Assembly (NCBI GenBank): GCA_965218375.1
Contig: OZ244618.1
Location: 1,917,009 to 1,981,008, forward strand
Direction of reading: 5' to 3'
DNA from: Alphaproteobacteria bacterium
GTDB lineage: Bacteria; Pseudomonadota; Alphaproteobacteria; G965218375
Length of the DNA: 64,000 bases
This document shows, one piece after another, positions 22,648 through 31,313 of the stretch. The notes beneath the pieces are model-generated. The model was not told the DNA's origin, ran no database searches, and saw only the letters and a list, made by a program, of their open reading frames with translations. Numbering within the stretch: position 1 is the first letter of the stretch; each line of letters starts with the position of its first letter. The position numbers and the translations under genes are program-made.

Positions 22648-23329
22648 TTAAAATCTCTTGAAATCTGTTGATCCAGTAAGAAATTTGTGCGGATCTTGTT
22701 TTCATAGCAACACGGTTGACAATTAATCGACTGGTAATTTTAGAGATGCACTGAACCTCCACAAGACCATTGGCTTTTAAAGTCGACCCAGTTGAGACCA
22801 GATCAACAATATGGTTACAGACCCCTAAATTCGGTGCCAACTCAATGGAGCCATTCAGCTTAATACATTCAGCTTGAATGCCAAACCTCTCAAAGTATTT
22901 GTGGCTAATATGAGGGTATTTAGTGGCAACACGCAAATGACTGACTTTGTTGGTATCAAAAATATTACTTTCTTGATACCAGGCGGGTTGTGCCACGGAA
23001 ATTCGGCAGGGCGCAATTTTAAGGTCAAGGGGCGTATAAATTTCTGAATAATCAAATTCCATCAAAACATCAAGACCACAAATACCGATTTGGGCGGCTC
23101 CGAACGCGACAAATGTTGCAACGTCAAAGCTGCGGACTTGAATGATCTGTAGCTGAGGAATATTCGTCGCGAACTTTAATGCTCGTGCATTCTCATCAAA
23201 GAAAGCGTCTTCAGGGATGACGCCCATTGTCTCTAACAAAACTAAGGCTTCTCGTGAGACCCGTCCTTTGGGGAGAGCAAGAATCAACTCATCGTGCATT
23301 GTATCTGAAAAAAGGCTATGTGAATTCAT
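22631..23329 (-). CDS. hisG: ATP phosphoribosyltransferase, short (HisZ-dependent) form
   Basis: LALPKGR, VATKYP, GSIELAP, DLVSTGSTLKANGL; no C-terminal regulatory domain; start codon uncertain. Confidence 0.93.
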   Translation of the reverse strand: MNSHSLFSDTMHDELILALPKGRVSREALVLLETMGVIPEDAFFDENARALKFATNIPQLQIIQVRSFDVATFVAFGAAQIGICGLDVLMEFDYSEIYTPLDLKIAPCRISVAQPAWYQESNIFDTNKVSHLRVATKYPHISHKYFERFGIQAECIKLNGSIELAPNLGVCNHIVDLVSTGSTLKANGLVEVQCISKITSRLIVNRVAMKTRSAQISYWINRFQEILNAQIS

Positions 23330-23376
23330 GTTTTTTGAGTCTTTTTTTATAAAAACGAGGGTTAGGATATTATCTA

Positions 23377-24678
23377 TTAACAAAGTTTGGAGGGGGCGGG
23401 GACACGTTTAATATCAGCACCACATGAGGAAAGCTTGGCGATGATATGCTCATACCCCCGATCAATATGGTAGACGCGATTAATTGTTGTCACACCGTCC
23501 GCAACAAGAGCCGCAAGCACAAGGGACATGGATGCGCGTAAATCAGTGGCCATAATTTGAGCACCTTTTAAGGCAGAGACCCCTTTAATAACCGCAGAAC
23601 GCCCCTGACATAAAATATTTGCCCCCATGCGCGAAAGTTCAGGGACATGCATAAAGCGGTTTTCAAACACATTTTCTGTGATCGTGCTTAACCCATGGGC
23701 TTGGGTGAGCAGAGCCATAAATTGTGCTTGCATATCTGTAGGAAACCCAGGGTAAGCCTGAGTCTTGATATTCATCGCCTTAATATTATCCTCACAATAT
23801 ATTTCCAGAGTATTCAAGCCGACCTTAACCCCAACGCCCCCTTCTTGGAAGGCCTCAATAATCGCAGACATGTGCTGGACAGTGATATTATGTAAGGTGA
23901 CTTTACCGCGCGTTAAAATGGCCGCAATTGCATATGAGCCTGCTTCAATCCGATCAGGCATCACTGTATAGGTCGCGCCACCTAAGCTTGAGACACCTTC
24001 AATTTGCAAACAGTGGGTTCCAATACCAGTAATTTTGGCACCCATAGATTGCAGGCAGTAACATAAGTCATCAATTTCTGGTTCACATGCAGCATTATTA
24101 ATGATGGTTGTGCCCTTGGCGAGGGTCGCGGCCATTAAGGTATTTTCAGTAGCACCAACCGAGATCATGGGAAAAGTAATCTGCGCTCCCTTAAGACCGT
24201 TAGCAGGTGCTTTGGCAATAATATATCCCTCCTCAAGCACAATGGTGGCCCCCATTTTTTCGAGGGCTTTAATGTGCAGGTCAACGGGGCGCGTGCCAAT
24301 AGCGCACCCTCCGGGTAAGGATACTTTGGCATGTCCAAAACGCGCGACTAAGGGGCCTAGGGTTAGGACTGATGCCCGCATTTGCCGGACTAAAGCATAG
24401 GGAGCAGTGGTGGTAACTGTCTCTGGAGTTGAAAGCGTCAGTGAGGTTTTCTGACATACTTTGTTAGATGAAGACTGTTGAGACGTCACAGAACATCCCA
24501 TTTGCTCCAACAATTTCATCAGAGTTTTAATGTCCGTAAGGTTTGGGATATTTTGTAAAATTAAATTTTCTTTTGTCAGTAGGCTCGCGATAATAAGCGG
24601 GAGTGCAGCATTTTTGGATCCAGCAATATAGATATCACCTTGAATTTTATTACCTCCAACAATTTCAATACTGTCCAT
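23377..24678 (-). CDS. murA: UDP-N-acetylglucosamine 1-carboxyvinyltransferase
   Basis: [37 protein letters not shown]. Confidence 0.98.
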   Translation of the reverse strand: MDSIEIVGGNKIQGDIYIAGSKNAALPLIIASLLTKENLILQNIPNLTDIKTLMKLLEQMGCSVTSQQSSSNKVCQKTSLTLSTPETVTTTAPYALVRQMRASVLTLGPLVARFGHAKVSLPGGCAIGTRPVDLHIKALEKMGATIVLEEGYIIAKAPANGLKGAQITFPMISVGATENTLMAATLAKGTTIINNAACEPEIDDLCYCLQSMGAKITGIGTHCLQIEGVSSLGGATYTVMPDRIEAGSYAIAAILTRGKVTLHNITVQHMSAIIEAFQEGGVGVKVGLNTLEIYCEDNIKAMNIKTQAYPGFPTDMQAQFMALLTQAHGLSTITENVFENRFMHVPELSRMGANILCQGRSAVIKGVSALKGAQIMATDLRASMSLVLAALVADGVTTINRVYHIDRGYEHIIAKLSSCGADIKRVPAPSKLC

Positions 24679-24866
24679 TAATCCCTCTTTTCTATATCTG
24701 TTGTTTGAGGTGGGTTTGGTTTGACATCAGTATTTTTGCGTGATTTGGTTTGCTTTTTGCGACGAAGCAGGTTCATGCGCAGCATTTGTGCAAGTCGTTC
24801 TTGTTTATTATCGGGTGGATTTTTATCTTGTTTAGCCATTGTTTTTGTAAATAGTTTTGAATTCAA
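24678..24866 (-). CDS. small hypothetical protein upstream of murA
   Basis: RLAQMLRMNLLRRKKQ resembles the short alphaproteobacterial ORF usually found before murA; its stop overlaps the murA start. Confidence 0.65.
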   Translation of the reverse strand: MNSKLFTKTMAKQDKNPPDNKQERLAQMLRMNLLRRKKQTKSRKNTDVKPNPPQTTDIEKRD

Positions 24867-25005
24867 TTGAGAACAACTTTTGTTTATAACATGGAAAAGT
24901 ATTTTTTGAGTATTAATATTTGTAATAATTTATATAATAGTGCCCATGTTTTTTAGGTGTAAGGGGTGAGTTTTTCAATTAAGAAAATAATATATAAAAT
25001 TTTTC

Positions 25006-25034
25006 TTGGCAAACCCCTTCTATCATCGTATATA
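25006..25034 (+). promoter_or_regulatory. putative sigma70 promoter of tRNA-Thr
   Basis: TTGGCA-N17-TATATA. Confidence 0.5.
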
Positions 25035-25103
25035 CCCTCTAGAGTGATTTATTTTTTTATCCATAACTTAAGTTGCATCCTAAGAATAATAGGTATCGAG
25101 TAC

Positions 25104-25178
<75 letters not shown>

Positions 25179-25329
25179 CACTAAAGATCACCAATCAATC
25201 AAAGTCGTTGTAAATAAATATTTTTTTTAATTTTTAAGTATATTATTTATTGCTTTTTATCGCATAAAAACACTTGAAATTATACTGGTATTACGAAAAA
25301 ATGCCGAATTGTACTTGATTCAATTTGTC

Positions 25330-25937
25330 GCAATCTTAAAACTTAAAAATTCTGGCAAGTGGCAGGCGTAAATTGCCCGCAAAGGCACACGTAAATCAAA
25401 ATCATTTAAAACCAAAACTGAAGCAAAACCTCGAGACCGCAGAATCACCCAAGATGAAATCAATACTCTTTTAGAGGTGATGACGAAAAATGGCAAGCCG
25501 AGCAAAGTGGCCTTAATCTTTTTATTTGCCATTGAAACGGGAATGCGAGCAGGGGAGATATGTAAATTATCTTGGGAGAATGTCGATATTGAAAATCGCG
25601 TTGCATTATTTTTTTGAGACCAAAAACGGCAAAAACCGCGAGAGGTGCCTCTCTCTCGAAAAGCGATTGAGATTTTACGCGCGCTCCCTCGCGTTCACCA
25701 GCTTTGTTTTGATACTACCCCCAGACGGCTTGATGATGGCTTGATGCGAGCTTTAGGAAGCATCGAGATAAAACCACCCTCAAAAGACCTCCACTTTCAC
25801 GACACGAGGCCATAACACCGCTTGCACAAAAGTTCCCAGTCCTCCCCCTCGCGCGCATTACCGGACACAGCAACATAAATCAATTACAAACATACTATAA
25901 CGAAAGCGCCAAAGACCTGGTGAAGTTCCTCGATTGA
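25330..25937 (+). pseudogene. Rci/HP1-type tyrosine recombinase pseudogene
   Basis: Across frames: SGKWQA*IARKG..SKSFKTKTEAK|PRDRRITQDEI..FAIETGMRAGEICKLSWENVD..ETKNG..REVPLSRKA..DLHFHD..EAIT..ARITGHSNINQLQTYYNESAKDLVKFLD*; one stop, about 3 frameshifts, central domain deleted. Confidence 0.9.
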
Positions 25938-25986
25938 GTTGATTTAGACAAGCTTATAAGGATCAAAGCGTCGTCTAACACGTCAC

Positions 25987-27327
25987 TTAGATGCGGAAGC
26001 GGTTGCGGATACCAAGACCGATTAAGAATAAAAAGATAAAAGCGATTAAGCTTTGCAGGCCTATAGTCATATAGTCCAAGAGACTTGGATTTAAACCAAA
26101 GACACCTTCAAAAATTTTCTCATAGCGATATCGGGTAAAGCCCAAAAATGGAACAGAGTTAAATATATTAAGAAGAAACGCATCCCAAAATTTTGGATCT
26201 TCATACCCATGAACATACGAATACTCAGAACATATTACAGGGCGCAACCAAGGTAATAGGGAGGCATAAACCCAACTAAACGCAAACCAGCTGCCCACGA
26301 GCCCAATAACAGGTCGCCCAATAGAACGTCCGTGACGGCAAGTAAACGCATAGACAACATCTAAAAAACTACGTAGCGGACGACCCAAACTGCGCTCCAC
26401 CCGACACTCATCCGCAAAAAAATCAAGAGCTTTATCATGGGCGCGATTTTGTTCCGCCAGCTCTTTTAATCGACAGAATTGTGCTGCATCTTGTTGTTTT
26501 TTTTCTGCCTTATCTTTCAATTTCTGTCCCATTTGTTTTATCCATGGTAAACTTTTTATCCAGCCTAACATTTTGTCGCCTAATTTTTTAATCCATGCAA
26601 ATCTGTTATATTTTATCTTCAAACCTGACAAATCCACATGACTTGATGTAATGGTATTGCGCAGGTCAGGAACGCAAGTATATGTGCCATTCAGGATCAT
26701 CACGCCTTTAAACGTACAACCGTAAAATGATAATCTTTTAACTTGAGAAGCTTCTTCAGGACTAAAATTAAACGGACCACCACATTTCGCATAATCAAAT
26801 ACAACATCACCCTTCCCAAATGTGGCACCAGTAAAATAGACAGGGCCATCCCCGAATCTGACACGCCTAAAATCGACCTTGCATTTCCCGAATGTGGTAA
26901 GCCTAAAATCGACCTTGCCTTTTCCAAATTTGGCATCCCTAAAATTGACATCGCCATTCCCGAATGTGGTATGAAAAAAACCGACACTGCCATCCCCGAA
27001 TGTGACACCCTCAAAAGATACACGGCCATCCCCGAATATGGCACCTACAAAATTGATTCCACCATCCCCGAATACAGCCTTCTCAAAAGAGACATCGCCA
27101 ACCCCGAATGTGGCACATCGAAAATCGACACTGTCATTGGGAAATTTAAATCCGTAAAAGGAAATTATGCCATGTGGTACTTGATTTCGGTACTGGTTAA
27201 AGTCCACCCCACTAAAATCAACACTTGAATATTTAGTAATTTCTTCGTTCCACGCCTTTCCCTCCTGCAGCCAAAGATTTATCGCGTCATCACCTTCGAG
27301 AGGTTTTTTTCCTGTAACTTCCGTCAT
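25987..27327 (-). CDS. pentapeptide-like 12-aa repeat protein with C-terminal membrane module (paralog 1)
   Basis: About 10 FGxGxVxFxxAx units, CVPDLRNT, RLKELAEQN, HGRSIGRP then hydrophobic helices, ends FLFLIGLGIRNRFRI. Confidence 0.85.
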   Translation of the reverse strand: MTEVTGKKPLEGDDAINLWLQEGKAWNEEITKYSSVDFSGVDFNQYRNQVPHGIISFYGFKFPNDSVDFRCATFGVGDVSFEKAVFGDGGINFVGAIFGDGRVSFEGVTFGDGSVGFFHTTFGNGDVNFRDAKFGKGKVDFRLTTFGKCKVDFRRVRFGDGPVYFTGATFGKGDVVFDYAKCGGPFNFSPEEASQVKRLSFYGCTFKGVMILNGTYTCVPDLRNTITSSHVDLSGLKIKYNRFAWIKKLGDKMLGWIKSLPWIKQMGQKLKDKAEKKQQDAAQFCRLKELAEQNRAHDKALDFFADECRVERSLGRPLRSFLDVVYAFTCRHGRSIGRPVIGLVGSWFAFSWVYASLLPWLRPVICSEYSYVHGYEDPKFWDAFLLNIFNSVPFLGFTRYRYEKIFEGVFGLNPSLLDYMTIGLQSLIAFIFLFLIGLGIRNRFRI

Positions 27328-27349
27328 AATACTGCCCTTACGTTATGGT

Positions 27350-27365
27350 TTAAGATTTAATTAAC
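27350..27365. promoter_or_regulatory. CtrA-type box upstream of paralog 1
   Basis: TTAA-GATTTAA-TTAAC followed by CAT. Confidence 0.55.
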
Positions 27366-27462
27366 CATACCAGAGAAAGGGGCACAGGGGCACTTTTAAG
27401 GGGGGGATTACTTTGGCTTGGCCGCTTGATCTTCTTGAGGGAAGACATACCCCAAGTGCGGT

Positions 27463-27661
27463 TTAGATGCGGAAACGGTTGCGGATACCAAGACTGACTC
27501 AAGAATAAAAAGATAAAGGCGGTCAAGCTTTGCAGGCCTATAGTCATATAGTCCAAAAGAATTGGATTTAAACCAAAGACACCTTCAAAAATTTTCTCAT
27601 AGCGATATCGGGTAAAGCCCAAAAATGGAACAGAGTTAAATATATTAAGAAGAAACGCATC
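27463..27661. repeat. direct repeat of the paralog 1 3' end (25987..26184)
   Basis: About 200 bp near-identical, including an identical block TTGGATTTAAACC...AGAAACGCATC. Confidence 0.9.
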
Positions 27662-28032
27662 ACTAGGATTTGATATTATCTCTCAAAAATTATCCAAAAA
27701 AGGAAAAAGATAAAAAGTAACATACAAACTTTAAAAAAGTTTTTCATGAGCCACATAAAAGGGCGACCAACAAAACGATTAAGGCGGTATAAGAGGCCAT
27801 AGACCCAATTTAAATCACTGCGGAGTTGATGTCCTAAAGTGTCAATCTCTCGACACTCCTCCGCAAAAAGATCAGGGTCAGGATAGACGCGATGGACGCG
27901 ATTTTGTTCCGCAATTTCTTTTAATCGGTAGAGTTGTAAAGAGATCTTCTCTATTTCTTTTATGCTCAATTTTTCTTTGTATTTATTTTCGACTGCTTTA
28001 AGTTTTAACGAATCTACAGGACTCTTATCCAA
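27463..28032 (-). pseudogene. frameshifted C-terminal membrane part of repeat-protein paralog 2
   Basis: RLKEIAEQN..FAEEC..GRP in a shifted frame, then DAFLLNIFNSVPFLGFTRY in another frame, and a further frameshift before the RNRFRI tail. Confidence 0.8.
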
Positions 28033-29741
28033 ACTCTTTTCAATTTTTTTCTACATTTCTCTATAAAATTATCCCATTTTTTTTCGGGAAATTCTTTTTT
28101 TAAGTATGTTTTAAATTTTTCTATCTTTTGCGTTTTATCTTCTTCTTTATCTTGCTTCTTAAAGATAGATTCTAAGTTATATACCCATTCTTTTGTGCGA
28201 TTTTCTAAATATTTATTTAGTTTTTTCAACCATAGATTTTTATACCCTTTGTCTATCTTCAAATCTGACAAATCCACATGATTAGATGTAGTGGTATTCC
28301 GCAGGTCAGGAACGCAGGTATATGTGCCACTCAGGAGTATTGGACGTATAAATGTACAACCGTAAAAACTGAGATCTTTAATTTTCGTGGCAAATACTGT
28401 ACTGAATTCAAAAAAACAACCAAATATCGTATACGTAAAGGAGACAGTACCATCCTCGAATTCAGCATCCCTAAAATCAACATGGCCATGTCCGAATGTG
28501 GCACGCTCAAAAGAGAGATTGCCATTCAAGAATTTAGTACCACTAAAAGTGACCTGCCGAAGGGAAGAGTTTGATTTAAAGTCCCCGAATGTGGCTCTCT
28601 GAAAAGAGACATATCTAAAGAATGTGGCACCATCAAAAAAGACATTACCATTCCCGAATTTAGTACCACTAAAAGTGACCTGCCGTAATCGAGAGCCCCC
28701 GAAATAGGCATTTATAAAATAAACACTGCCATCTCCGAATGTGGCACCATCAAAAGAGACATTACCATTCCCGAATCTAGTACCACTAAAAGTGACCTGC
28801 CGTAATCGAGAGCCCCCGAAATAGGCATCTATAAAATCAACATTGCCATCTCCGAATGTGGCACGCTCAAAAGAGACATTGCTCTTTCCAAAGTTGGTAC
28901 CCTCAAATGAGACATCACCACCCTCGAATGTGGCACCCTCAAGTGAGACATGAATATTATTGGTTTTCTCATTAAGATTATAAGAATCCCAACAACCATC
29001 TTTCTCGAACAAATAGAGTTTTCTATCGAATTTAGCGCCCTCAAAAGAGATATCGCCCTTTCCAAAGTTGGTATTCTCAAAAGAAACAATGCACTTTCCA
29101 AAGTTCGTACCCTCAAAAGAGAGATTACTTGTTCCAAAATTGGCATACCTAAAATCGATACCGCCATCCCCGAATGTAGCACCACTAAAAGAGACATTGC
29201 CATCCCCGAATGTAGCGTACATAAAATCGAGAAGGCCAACCCCGAATGCGGCATCCTGAAAAGAGACACCGCCATCTCCGAATCTGGCTCCCTTAAAAGA
29301 GACATCGCCATCCCCAAATTTGGCTCCAGCAAAAGAGACATAGTTATTCTCAAATTTGGCACCCAAAAAAGAGACATCGCCATACCTGAACTTGGAACCC
29401 TGACCGAATGTAGCACCATAAAAAGAGATATCCCCATATCCGAATATGGCACCATCAAAAGAGACTTCACCATCCCCGAATGTGGCACGCCCAAATGAGA
29501 CATAGCAATCCCCGAATGTGGCACGCTGAAAAAAAACACCACCATTGGGGAATTTAAAGCCGATAAAAGAAATTATGCTATTTGGCACTTGAGTGCGGTA
29601 CTGGCTAAAGTCCACCCCACTAAAATCAACACTCCAATCTAAATGACCATCAACCCACGCGTTCCACTTATCTTTCTTAGCCAACCAAAGATTTATCGCG
29701 TCATCACCTTTAAGAGTTCTCTCTTTTGTAACTTCCGTCAT
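28014..29741 (-). CDS. pentapeptide-like repeat protein paralog 2 (about 28 units, truncated by frameshift before the membrane module)
   Basis: Same VDFSGVDF.QYR and CVPDLRNT blocks as paralog 1, with an expanded repeat array. Confidence 0.8.
   Translation of the reverse strand: MTEVTKERTLKGDDAINLWLAKKDKWNAWVDGHLDWSVDFSGVDFSQYRTQVPNSIISFIGFKFPNGGVFFQRATFGDCYVSFGRATFGDGEVSFDGAIFGYGDISFYGATFGQGSKFRYGDVSFLGAKFENNYVSFAGAKFGDGDVSFKGARFGDGGVSFQDAAFGVGLLDFMYATFGDGNVSFSGATFGDGGIDFRYANFGTSNLSFEGTNFGKCIVSFENTNFGKGDISFEGAKFDRKLYLFEKDGCWDSYNLNEKTNNIHVSLEGATFEGGDVSFEGTNFGKSNVSFERATFGDGNVDFIDAYFGGSRLRQVTFSGTRFGNGNVSFDGATFGDGSVYFINAYFGGSRLRQVTFSGTKFGNGNVFFDGATFFRYVSFQRATFGDFKSNSSLRQVTFSGTKFLNGNLSFERATFGHGHVDFRDAEFEDGTVSFTYTIFGCFFEFSTVFATKIKDLSFYGCTFIRPILLSGTYTCVPDLRNTTTSNHVDLSDLKIDKGYKNLWLKKLNKYLENRTKEWVYNLESIFKKQDKEEDKTQKIEKFKTYLKKEFPEKKWDNFIEKCRKKLKRVWIRVL
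28621..28866. repeat. 117-bp higher-order tandem duplication inside paralog 2
   Basis: AATGTGGCAC recurs at 28621, 28738 and 28855; the peptide AYFGGSRLRQVTFSGT.FGNGNV occurs twice. Confidence 0.9.
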
Positions 29742-29763
29742 AATACAGCCCTTACGTTATGGT

Positions 29764-29779
29764 TTAAGATTTAATTAAC
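29764..29779. promoter_or_regulatory. CtrA-type box upstream of paralog 2
   Basis: TTAA-GATTTAA-TTAAC. Confidence 0.55.
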
Positions 29780-29830
29780 TATATCAGAGAAAGGGGCAGA
29801 GGTGCGTATTTTAGAGGGGGGGGGGCTTGC

Positions 29831-29865
29831 AAAAAAAAACCGCTGATGAATGTACCAGCAGTTTG
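29831..29865 (-). terminator. intrinsic terminator upstream of the paralog 2 leader
   Basis: Minus strand AAACTGCTG-10 nt-CAGCGG followed by T9. Confidence 0.65.
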
Positions 29866-30123
29866 AAAGAGTTTAAGATTTATAGAGTAAAATGATTGAG
29901 AAAATTAAGATATTAACTAATCTTTTTTACTATATCTTAACTTGTGTCATATCTAATCTTTGGTGTCAATAAGAAATATATAATTCTGCATAACCCCTTT
30001 GTTTTCACCTAAAGGTTGTAGAGTGTGCGGGGCGAGACCTGTGATTTATTCGTCTCCCCACCACACGGCCCATGGACGCAGCCAGACAATGCAGGACCAC
30101 CAACCTTAGTTTTACGGGTTTTT

Positions 30124-31122
30124 CTAAGATACTTTTTTTAATCTATCAATATAATAAATGACGTATGGGAGGACGGCAGCTATGAAAACATATTCAAGAG
30201 TAAATTGGAGTACACTAAGTATTCTTAAACCTATCTCAAATTCTGATAAGATTAGTACGAATAACATGTTTAAATGACCACTGATGACTATGATCATTAA
30301 TGCTAACAGGCAAGATAATTTTAAGTAACTTTGATTGCCGAGTTTATACAATACATACCCAATAACAGTAGAGCCAAGAGTAACTTCAACAAATGTTGAC
30401 ATTGCGATGCTTACGACTTGCCATGGATACGGCCATTGTAAAATATTTTCTGGGTTTGGCGGCAGGATATAACCTTGGGTAATAATATAGTTCATTAACA
30501 AGCTATGACCATCTGGAAGGAAGTTATCCATGAGATACTTCTGAAAGATCGTAATAAGCGTCACAACAGATAAGAGAGTGATACCCTCAAGAAGAAGGCG
30601 ATACAATTTTTTGGAGCGTTGATCTTCCCCCATCTCAGGATTATTTGGAGATCTTGCCCACATCACTTTTTCCCTAAATGAGACGTACATTAAGATTAAA
30701 GCGCAAGTGATCAATGTTTCAAAAACTCGTGGCCCGTAATCATGCAGCCATAAAAATAAAAATTTTTGATCAACTGTATAACCTGCTGTCAGTGGAAGCC
30801 TAATTAAAATCTCATTGAGGCTGGCAACTGTGACAAATAACAGCAGCAATTGTTGTATTTTTGATAAATTATGAAATAGCTCATTAATTTTAACAGCTAA
30901 CCAGATAATTAATAATACTTGTGAAAAGTAGATAAGCTTACCTAGAATTTTAAGGAAGGGTATTAATATTCCCGTAGGAGTGATCTGTCCTGCCCAGCTT
31001 GGGTGCGGCACACCTAAATATCCTTGGAGTACAAAATGAATAGCTACGGAAAACGCACCTATAAGCCAAAGAGAAACTATGATAATAGATTTTTGTTTTA
31101 GGGACATATTCAGCTCTTTCAA
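30124..31122 (-). CDS. hypothetical multi-pass membrane protein
   Basis: 332-aa ORF with about 8-9 hydrophobic segments, AT-rich, no motif recognised. Confidence 0.7.
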   Translation of the reverse strand: MKELNMSLKQKSIIIVSLWLIGAFSVAIHFVLQGYLGVPHPSWAGQITPTGILIPFLKILGKLIYFSQVLLIIWLAVKINELFHNLSKIQQLLLLFVTVASLNEILIRLPLTAGYTVDQKFLFLWLHDYGPRVFETLITCALILMYVSFREKVMWARSPNNPEMGEDQRSKKLYRLLLEGITLLSVVTLITIFQKYLMDNFLPDGHSLLMNYIITQGYILPPNPENILQWPYPWQVVSIAMSTFVEVTLGSTVIGYVLYKLGNQSYLKLSCLLALMIIVISGHLNMLFVLILSEFEIGLRILSVLQFTLEYVFIAAVLPYVIYYIDRLKKVS

Positions 31123-31176
31123 CTGTAAAGGTTAATTAAGTGCAAATTTCTTAAAGGTTTAGTTTTGAGATTAATC

Positions 31177-31288
31177 ATTTAAACTAAAATTGTATAGATT
31201 TAAACTAAAGTTGTATAGATTTAAACTAAAGTTGTATAGATTTAAACTAAAGTTGTAAAGATTTAAACTAAAGTTGTAAAGATTTAAA
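31177..31288. repeat. 21-bp tandem repeat, 5.3 copies
   Basis: Unit ATTTAAACTAAAGTTGTA(T/A)AG at 31177, 31198, 31219, 31240 and 31261, plus a partial unit. Confidence 0.95.
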
Positions 31289-31313
31289 ATACGTCTTGAA
31301 AGACAATTAGTTT

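Larger units (their letters stand above)
25179..31300. mobile_element. degraded genomic island at tRNA-Thr 3' end
   Basis: Integrase pseudogene next to the tRNA, non-core repeat-protein genes, AT-rich orphan gene; right boundary approximate and no clear attR found. Confidence 0.7.

Noticed and set aside
25320-25744. ORFs 25320..25532 (-) and 25526..25744 (+) as genes
   Set aside because: They are shadows or fragments of the integrase pseudogene.
25987-27661. Diversity-generating retroelement TR/VR pair (duplicated 3' end)
   Set aside because: No reverse transcriptase in the window, and the differences between copies are not adenine-specific and include an indel.
26700-29545. Long antisense and alternative-frame ORFs over the repeat arrays (26743..27228, 28950..29498, 28829..29545; also 40390..40824 and 40532..40915)
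   Set aside because: An expected by-product of a 36-bp repeat that lacks stops in other frames; they begin and end with the arrays.
26700-29560. 36-bp repeats as a non-coding or CRISPR-like array
   Set aside because: They are in-frame coding repeats without spacers.
31177-31288. CRISPR array
   Set aside because: Units are directly adjacent with no unique spacers, and there are no cas genes in the window.
29900-31313. Exact attR duplicate of the tRNA-Thr 3' end
   Set aside because: No convincing direct repeat found by eye; only weak 8-10 bp echoes near 30060-30100.
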